From an uncultured bacterium (GTDB lineage Bacteria > Zixibacteria > MSB-5A5 > JAABVY01 > JAHJOQ01): a stretch of 24,849 bases of DNA. The translations under genes were made by a program, and so were the position numbers. Positions 18,347-24,849 of the stretch are shown one piece after another. Numbering within the stretch: the first letter of the stretch is position 1; the number at the start of each line of letters is the position of its first letter. The stretch spans positions 1-24,849 of the forward strand of contig CBDUQR010000039.1 of assembly GCA_965369655.1 (NCBI GenBank). The letters run 5' to 3'. The notes beneath the pieces were generated by a model that saw only the letters and a list, made by a program, of their open reading frames with translations, was not told the origin of the DNA and did not search any database.

Positions 18347-21280
18347 ATGAGAAAGATCATACTTATCTCATTAGCGATACTGTGGCCGTTCGCATGTCTT
18401 GCCACAACAATTAACGTCCCATCCGAACAACCGACGATTCAGCAGTTGGACATGATGCCACTCGCGTTCACAGAGAATCATGGCCAATGGGATGAACGAG
18501 TGAAGTTCAGAGCTATTGCAGGTGGAGCCACGCTCTGGGTGTCACACCCGCTGACGACCTCGGGCGTTCTGCTGTCCGCCCAGATGCCAAGTGGTGCGAC
18601 TACGGATGACCTTGGTGTTCCATCTGGTATTACAAACTGCTTTGGCCTGCCGCCTGCCATAGGCTGTGATGCCAACTACTATTACGATTTCGATTTTGTG
18701 GGTGGGCAACCGGTCTGGTCTGTTTCCATTGCACCTACACCTTGTAATCTGCCGACAATAGATGGTAACGGGTGTTTGAATTGGCAGACACGTTGCTGGG
18801 GAGACTGTACCGACTGCGATACATTCATTCTATCTCATGATCCCGAGAGCGACTACTACGAGTACTTCCCTTATGGCTATTACTCCTTAACTGTGAAAGC
18901 AGTGAGCCCGATGCTGACAGATTTCTGCATCTTTGATGTCGGTGTCCTTTGTGATCCCAGGCTTTGCCATTGCTATTGCAGTGACATCTCACTGTATCTG
19001 GATCACGACACACCTATCGTGGCCATCAGCGATGAGAATCTTATCGATCCGATTATCACAATTAGCTCGCGTTTTTACAACGTCGGTTATGTGCCCTTCT
19101 ATAGACCGCAAGTTGATCTCTACTGGGGAGACCCTGCCCATCCCGGAACGGCTCTTGTCGGGAGGTATATGCATTCAGAAGACCTATGGCTGGATGATTC
19201 GGTCGATTTCTCGCTCGAATTCGACACTTCCGGGATAGGACACAGAGATACCATATACATAATACTTGACCCCGATAGTGTCACATGTGAGATTGACAAT
19301 TATTTCAACAATCGAGGTTTCATAGTAGCACCTGCCAAGCCGGATGTGGACTCGATCTGGGATGCAGGCACAGGTGACAAACTTGTGGTCAAGTGGCTGC
19401 CTCCACCCGATGTCAGTAACATCGACACCTACCAAGTTATGTATGTGGACAGTTCAACGGGTGAGGTGCGCTACGGCGACCCTGTTGCCGAGGACGGAAG
19501 TGTTTTCTACAGATACGTCTTCGATGGGCTGGAATCATATACGCCATACTACATTCGAGTTCGTTCGTATGACGAATCTACCGGTTTCTGGAGTGACTAT
19601 TCCAAACCGATTCCCGATACAACTTGTTGTGCAACGGTTCCAGTCGTACTCGTTCACGGCTGGAATGCAAACGATTCTGTATGGGATACTCATGAGGAAT
19701 GGCTGCGCGAAAGTCGTTTTAACCACATATGGACTGTCAACAATCTTGATTCGTGCGGTGCGACTGGCGAAGTTGACTTCGACCATAATGCTCACAATCT
19801 CTCCGATTTCATCGATTCCGCGGCCGGTGAGGAGGAGGAGCAAACCGGAATCACGATTCCGTCGATCAATATAGTTGCTCATAGCATGGGGGGATTGATA
19901 TCTCGGAGATACATTAGCGGTTCAGAACCCTGGGCATTCAGCAAGCCTGTGGATAATCTGATCATGCTCGGAACTCCCAATGCTGGAGTCCCCGTTGCGT
20001 GGTTTTCGTGCATATTGTGGGAGAACTTTGGCCCATGTGATGGTGCTGCCAAGTGCGAGCTTAGCCCGGGAAGAATGAAAGAGTTCAACAGGCACTATGG
20101 CAACCGGACAGGTGTATCATACCATACAGCGGCAGGTACAGGCGGCTGCCTGTTGTGCTTCCTGCTGTGTGTACCGAATCCCCTGTGCATACCCCTCGGA
20201 GCGATGGCGACTGGGTGTCCGAATGACGGCCTCATCTCGGTAGCGAGTGTTGAAGCGGTCTCACACGATAAGCAAATAAGAGGCTTTTGGTGTCACAGTG
20301 ATTACATGGATTCGGAAGTGCTCTTTGACTCGTTCATCCGACCTATTCTCAAAGGAGAGAGCGTTGCAGCCCCGCTCATTTTTGCGGAAGAGCTTGGAGT
20401 AACCGAGTCAATACCGCCTCAGATTTCGGTGACCATCTGTGACTCTATAGAGCTATGGGAGCCAAGAACAGATACAATAGACGTCGAGGGCGGCGATCTT
20501 GATGTCGCTCTAATCGCTAACGATCAGTTTCTGTCATTTGCACTTGAATCGCCAACCGGAATCATCTGGGATTCACTATCAGCAGTGACGGATACTAATG
20601 TCTTGTACAGCAGTACCATGGGAATGATCGGCTTCGTATTCGTAGATGCTGAGGTCGGTACCTGGCTGGTACATTATGACGCTCAGGACATTAGTTCTCA
20701 AACGGCTCATTTCTGTCTCTTTGCAGCAGTCAACAACGCAATCATACTCCAGGCATCGGTCAGTAACGACTATCCAGCCCCGGGTGATTCAGTGATTCTA
20801 ACAGCAATGTTAACTGATGATGGTTCTCCGATTCTGGGAGCAATAGTTACGTCACAGCCAATGATAGAGTATTCCGACACGTTACCTACAGTTGATCTTC
20901 TCGACGACGGCAACAGTTACGATGGTGCGGCCGGGGACGGCTTATACGGCGCAGTTTTTTCCCAACCATCGGACAGTAACCTAATCACTTTCCGCATGAA
21001 CGCTACTGGAACATCCACATCCGTCGGACTATTTCGGCGGGAAGCTACAGTCTCAGCTTATTTCGTTGGCTTTGAGTGCGGTGACGCCGACGCTAGCGGT
21101 GGCGTTGACATCGATGATGTAGTCTACCTCATCAACTACATCTTCGCTGGTGGCCCGGCTCCTGACCCAATTGAGGCAGGCGACGCCGACTGTTCAGGCA
21201 ATGTTGATATTGACGATGTAGTGTATCTGATTCAGTACATCTTCGGCGGCGGTCCGGAGCCGTGCGCGGATTGTTCGTAG
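18347..21280 (+). CDS. secreted modular alpha/beta-hydrolase (lipase/esterase-like) with CARDB-like, fibronectin type III, choice-of-anchor-X-like and C-terminal dockerin-like domains
   Basis: Signal peptide; IYIILDPDSVTCEIDNYFNN (CARDB-like); LVVKW...Y...GLESYTPYYIRVRSYD (Fn3); PVVLVHGW, VAHSMGG, LGTPNAG, NDGLI, CHS (Ser-Asp-His triad); LLDDGNSYDGAAGDGLYG; duplicated GDAD.SG.VDIDDVVYLI.YIF.GGP.P. Confidence 0.88.
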   Translation: MRKIILISLAILWPFACLATTINVPSEQPTIQQLDMMPLAFTENHGQWDERVKFRAIAGGATLWVSHPLTTSGVLLSAQMPSGATTDDLGVPSGITNCFGLPPAIGCDANYYYDFDFVGGQPVWSVSIAPTPCNLPTIDGNGCLNWQTRCWGDCTDCDTFILSHDPESDYYEYFPYGYYSLTVKAVSPMLTDFCIFDVGVLCDPRLCHCYCSDISLYLDHDTPIVAISDENLIDPIITISSRFYNVGYVPFYRPQVDLYWGDPAHPGTALVGRYMHSEDLWLDDSVDFSLEFDTSGIGHRDTIYIILDPDSVTCEIDNYFNNRGFIVAPAKPDVDSIWDAGTGDKLVVKWLPPPDVSNIDTYQVMYVDSSTGEVRYGDPVAEDGSVFYRYVFDGLESYTPYYIRVRSYDESTGFWSDYSKPIPDTTCCATVPVVLVHGWNANDSVWDTHEEWLRESRFNHIWTVNNLDSCGATGEVDFDHNAHNLSDFIDSAAGEEEEQTGITIPSINIVAHSMGGLISRRYISGSEPWAFSKPVDNLIMLGTPNAGVPVAWFSCILWENFGPCDGAAKCELSPGRMKEFNRHYGNRTGVSYHTAAGTGGCLLCFLLCVPNPLCIPLGAMATGCPNDGLISVASVEAVSHDKQIRGFWCHSDYMDSEVLFDSFIRPILKGESVAAPLIFAEELGVTESIPPQISVTICDSIELWEPRTDTIDVEGGDLDVALIANDQFLSFALESPTGIIWDSLSAVTDTNVLYSSTMGMIGFVFVDAEVGTWLVHYDAQDISSQTAHFCLFAAVNNAIILQASVSNDYPAPGDSVILTAMLTDDGSPILGAIVTSQPMIEYSDTLPTVDLLDDGNSYDGAAGDGLYGAVFSQPSDSNLITFRMNATGTSTSVGLFRREATVSAYFVGFECGDADASGGVDIDDVVYLINYIFAGGPAPDPIEAGDADCSGNVDIDDVVYLIQYIFGGGPEPCADCS

Positions 21281-21439
21281 GAAGATGGATTCCGGCGGGT
21301 CCTGAGCAGAGCGATGGGTTTGCACCAAGGGTGGGCCACCTACAATCTACATTAAGTCGCAACCACTTGGTTTTCGACCTGCTCGACTGTCAAGATGTAT
21401 TCGGCAGATCACCCCGACGCACCGCGGGTGACGGGCATA

Positions 21440-21476
21440 GAAAAAGGCGGCCTCACAAAGAGACCGCCTCTGTTTT
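21440..21476. terminator. intrinsic terminator between convergent genes, probably bidirectional
   Basis: Stem 21445-21454/21460-21469 with loop ACAAA. The minus strand reads AGGCGGTCTC-TTTGT-GAGGCCGCCT-TTTTCT (one G-U); the plus side is followed by CTGTTTT. Confidence 0.8.
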
Positions 21477-21494
21477 CGATGACTGTTTCTCGAA

Positions 21495-24400
21495 TTACGG
21501 ACAGGTACAGTCTGGTTCCGGACCTCCGCCGAAGATGTAATCGACAAGGTAAACTATATCGTCGATGTCTACAACTACGTAGGGACAATCTGTCCTGTGG
21601 ACATCGCCCGACACAAGCGGTTCAGGAGCCGGACCTCCGCCGAATATCCAATCAACCAGGAATACGATATCGTCAATGTCGACCACTCCGTCACCGGAAG
21701 CATCTCCACAGATGAACTCCTGCACGAAGAAATCGACAGTCACCGAATCCGCCAGAGTGCCATCCGATGCTATGAAAGTGACGGGGTATGTCATATTGGC
21801 CTGCGTCAGATCAGGATCGAATGCAAAGCTGCCTGCCCCGTTGCCTGAATCGACAAATGCGGCATTCAGTGGTATATCAATAGCAGAGAGCGTTATGGGG
21901 TCACCCTCGGGATCGATCGCGTAGACTCTCTCGTTGATCGGGCTGCCGAGATTAACGGTATACTGCGCTGGGAACGGCACGTAGAGAATTGGTGGCTGTG
22001 GTCCCGCATCTAACACCTCGATTCGGACAGTCTGCGAGTCTATGCGCAAGGAATCATCTATCACCTGGAACCTGATATCGTAGTCTCCAGCCTGATCGAA
22101 CCAGGGATAAAAGTAGAAGTGCGAAGAGTTATTGTCTATACCCAGAATGCCGGAGTTGTCAGGCTGCGGATTGTACGTCAGAGTCATCGATGCACCGGGC
22201 AGACCGTCAGGATCTGAATAGGTGATTGTCAGATCGATACTGTCGCCCTCTGTCACGGTGATGGGCGAGGTGATCGGGTCGAGAACAGGATCCTGTGGGT
22301 TATCATGGACCGTCACTTCGAAATCCTTCTGGATGTAGATAGTTGTATCCTGAGCGTCCTTGGCGATAATCCTGATATTGTACGGATCCGTGCGCGACTG
22401 GAAGTAATCGGGTGAGAAGATGATCTCCGTGTAGTTCCCATCTATGAACGTCACCTCGATGTTGTCGTAGAGAGGCAGTAGAGTGTCTGCATCCGCATCG
22501 AGCCCAAAGACTCGAATCAGCGGCGTTACCGAGTCGGCATCGATCGCCTCGACACCGTAGATGGCGACATCACCCTCAGATATCTCGTCACGGTGAGGAG
22601 CGATCCAAAAACTGCCGTCCTTGTAAAGGTACATGCTGACAGGCGGCCGATTGTTGTTGAGAATGACTACTGTGATCTCGACTGTATCAGCCACGCCTGG
22701 GTCGTCGCCATCGTGCGCAAAGAACGTGATAGTGTATGCGCCGGAATCATCATAGGTAGTATTCCAGCCGAACGAGCCTGAGTAATCCAGATTGTCTATA
22801 TACGCCGCCGATCCGGGCAGACCTGAGGCTGTCAGTATCGGCGCGGCTGAGTCGGCGTCCGTTGTGTACAACTCGAATCCGAGAGAATCGAGTTCGGTTG
22901 CAAACAGGGTATCGGCAAAAGGTATATCCTGGTCATCGCGCACGAGTCTCGTGAAGATCGGAAGCTGATTGCCGGCATCGAGCACCGTCACGGTCACAAC
23001 TCCGGTGTCGGACAACTCTGTTTCGTCGACGGCCAGGAAAGTAAAGTCATAGACTCCCGCCTGCACGAATACCGGACTAAATGTAAACGTACCGATGCCA
23101 TTGCCTGAATCCACAAATGACGCATTTATGGGAGCTACTAACGTATCCAGCATGAGGACCGGAATCGTGGAGTCGGGATCGATGCCGCTCACGAGCAGGA
23201 CAAGCGTCTCGCCCTCGGTGAAAGTCGTGTCGCCCGGAACCGTGATGATCGGCGGCTGCGGGTTGTCGTAGACCTGAATAAGCACGGTTTCATCGTCAGT
23301 CTCCATACCATCGGTGGCCGAGAAAAGAATACTTTCAAGGCCGCTCTGTATGTAATCTGGTGCGAACGTAAACGTTCCGACGCCATTGCCGGAGTCGACG
23401 AAAGCCGCGTTTCTCGGCAGGTCTGAAGCATCCAGTGTGATAAACGGACCATCGGGATCTGTCGCATATATGTTCAGGATCAGGGTGTCCCCTTCCGTCA
23501 CTGTCTGCGGTCCTATCGGCGCAAGCTCTGGCGGCTGATTGGCGTAAACGACGGTTATCTCGACATTCAGCACGCCTGAGAGCTGCGGAATGCCATCATC
23601 GTAACAGATGAAGATAGCCGTGTCGACGCCGATTTGCGATACATCGGGCCAGAATACGAACCCACCGATACCACCGCCCGAATCCGCATACACGGAGTTC
23701 GCAGGCTTCTTGAGCGCGCTCATAATCAGGTCACCGCCGTCAGCATCGGTCGAATCGGTCGCCACCAGCCGTAGCACGAGAGAATCGCCGAGCAACACCG
23801 ACTGAGGTCCAACCGGTTCAAACTCAGGCGGCTGGTTGACATCATGGGTAGTTATCGACACATCGAGTAGCCCTGAAGACTGAGGATCGCCGTCATCTAC
23901 TGCAGCGAATGTGACAACCTCATCACCGGCCTGGTAGAAGTCCGGATGGAAGCTGAACAACCCGACACCATTGCCGGAATCAACAAATGTTGCGTTATCG
24001 AGGCCATTAATCAAATAGAGCGTCACTGGTGAGCCTTCCGGATCAGTCGCCGAAACGAGGATTTCGAGCAATCCGCCCTCATTCACGAACTGTGAATCGA
24101 CAGGTTCAAAGACCGGCGGCAGGTTTCCAAGGTCGGTCACAGTAATTTGCACAATCTCCGAATCAGCGAACTCGCCATCACTTGCGATGAAGGTGATGAA
24201 ATACACGCCGCCCTGCGTTGTGTCAGGAGTGAAATCGAATACGCCGGTACCGTCAAGCAAATCCGCAAATGTCGCATTCTGCGGCAGATTCTCAGCGGTA
24301 AGCACAGCCGGAGTACTGTCCGGATCGGTCGAGGTTACGATGAAGTTGAGATTGCTCTGCACATTCACAGATTGAGGTCCGATCGGATCGAGTGTCGGCG

Positions 24401-24848
24401 CCTGATTGAGATTTGTCACGATGATGACAACATCTCCGGTATCCGTTAGAGCACCATCGGATGCGATGAACGAGACTGTGTATTCACCAGCCTGATCAAG
24501 ATCAGGGTGGAAGTCGAACAGACCTGTGCCGTCGCCGTTGTCCACGAATGTAGCATTCGTCGGGACATTCTCGGCGGTGAGAGTCGGTATTACTCCCTCC
24601 GGATCGGTAGCAGATACTGTGAAGCTAACGCTGTCAGTCTCGACGACATACTGTGTATCGACGACAACGATAGCAGGCGCCTGATCCCCTTCGTCCGTCA
24701 CCGTTATCTGTACAGACTCCGAATCGGTGGTGTTGCCATCCGATGCGATGAACAGAACATTGTAGACATTGCCGCCCTGGGTAAAGTTGGGATGGAAGTC
24801 GAATGTACCGGTGCCGTCACCGTTGTCTGAGAATGTCGCATTGACAGG
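21495..24848 (-). CDS. large surface protein with tandem Ig/cadherin-like repeats and C-terminal dockerin-like domain (5' end outside window)
   Basis: Frame is open to the window edge (PVNATFSDNGDGTGTFDFHP...). Ten complete plus one partial ~90-110 aa repeats of pattern N/PQ.P...V.EG......A.DPDG...NA.F.DSGNG.G.F.F.P...Q.G.Y...F.A.DG; ends FICGDASGDGVVDIDDIVFLVDWIFGGGPAPEP...CTCP. Confidence 0.92.
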   Translation of the reverse strand, partial: PVNATFSDNGDGTGTFDFHPNFTQGGNVYNVLFIASDGNTTDSESVQITVTDEGDQAPAIVVVDTQYVVETDSVSFTVSATDPEGVIPTLTAENVPTNATFVDNGDGTGLFDFHPDLDQAGEYTVSFIASDGALTDTGDVVIIVTNLNQAPTLDPIGPQSVNVQSNLNFIVTSTDPDSTPAVLTAENLPQNATFADLLDGTGVFDFTPDTTQGGVYFITFIASDGEFADSEIVQITVTDLGNLPPVFEPVDSQFVNEGGLLEILVSATDPEGSPVTLYLINGLDNATFVDSGNGVGLFSFHPDFYQAGDEVVTFAAVDDGDPQSSGLLDVSITTHDVNQPPEFEPVGPQSVLLGDSLVLRLVATDSTDADGGDLIMSALKKPANSVYADSGGGIGGFVFWPDVSQIGVDTAIFICYDDGIPQLSGVLNVEITVVYANQPPELAPIGPQTVTEGDTLILNIYATDPDGPFITLDASDLPRNAAFVDSGNGVGTFTFAPDYIQSGLESILFSATDGMETDDETVLIQVYDNPQPPIITVPGDTTFTEGETLVLLVSGIDPDSTIPVLMLDTLVAPINASFVDSGNGIGTFTFSPVFVQAGVYDFTFLAVDETELSDTGVVTVTVLDAGNQLPIFTRLVRDDQDIPFADTLFATELDSLGFELYTTDADSAAPILTASGLPGSAAYIDNLDYSGSFGWNTTYDDSGAYTITFFAHDGDDPGVADTVEITVVILNNNRPPVSMYLYKDGSFWIAPHRDEISEGDVAIYGVEAIDADSVTPLIRVFGLDADADTLLPLYDNIEVTFIDGNYTEIIFSPDYFQSRTDPYNIRIIAKDAQDTTIYIQKDFEVTVHDNPQDPVLDPITSPITVTEGDSIDLTITYSDPDGLPGASMTLTYNPQPDNSGILGIDNNSSHFYFYPWFDQAGDYDIRFQVIDDSLRIDSQTVRIEVLDAGPQPPILYVPFPAQYTVNLGSPINERVYAIDPEGDPITLSAIDIPLNAAFVDSGNGAGSFAFDPDLTQANMTYPVTFIASDGTLADSVTVDFFVQEFICGDASGDGVVDIDDIVFLVDWIFGGGPAPEPLVSGDVHRTDCPYVVVDIDDIVYLVDYIFGGGPEPDCTCP

Positions 24849-24849
24849 A

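Noticed and set aside
21236..21539. 22/23-bp inverted repeat (21236-21258 vs 21517-21539) as a possible inversion site
   Set aside because: Explained by both convergent genes encoding YIFGGGPE in their tags; no recombinase gene is in the window.
21347..21715. Short ORFs around the convergent junction (21132..21362, 21262..21540, 21347..21547, 21395..21715)
   Set aside because: They cross the terminator or overlap real genes, and have no motifs or RBS support.

Overview
Gene-dense bacterial window, mostly housekeeping and envelope genes. The two C-terminal 'CGD..G.VDIDD.VYL..YIF.GGP.P' dockerin-like tags and a PorV/PorQ-like barrel suggest candidate phylum Zixibacteria or a related FCB-group lineage (inference). 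Plus strand, left: an RDD-family protein, lepA and lepB. A long minus-strand run follows (in transcription order): M23 peptidase, rhomboid protease, TPR protein, dnaE, a frameshifted exported thioredoxin, a Cys-rich exported HMA protein, a PorV/PorQ-like barrel, a two-parvulin PPIase lipoprotein, a polyprenol/DAG kinase-like protein, ltaE and an RNase Z-like MBL hydrolase. The window ends with two convergent large extracellular-type modular proteins, each with a C-terminal dockerin-like tag: a mosaic Cys-rich alpha/beta-hydrolase and a 5'-truncated Ig/cadherin-repeat protein. Notable non-genic observations: a 7-bp tandem duplication that frameshifts the thioredoxin, a ~170-bp MITE-like nested palindrome, a covarying REP-like hairpin pair between divergent promoters, a sigma28-type motif between lepA and lepB, and apparently leaderless promoters. 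No tRNA, rRNA, CRISPR array, transposase or intein was seen.
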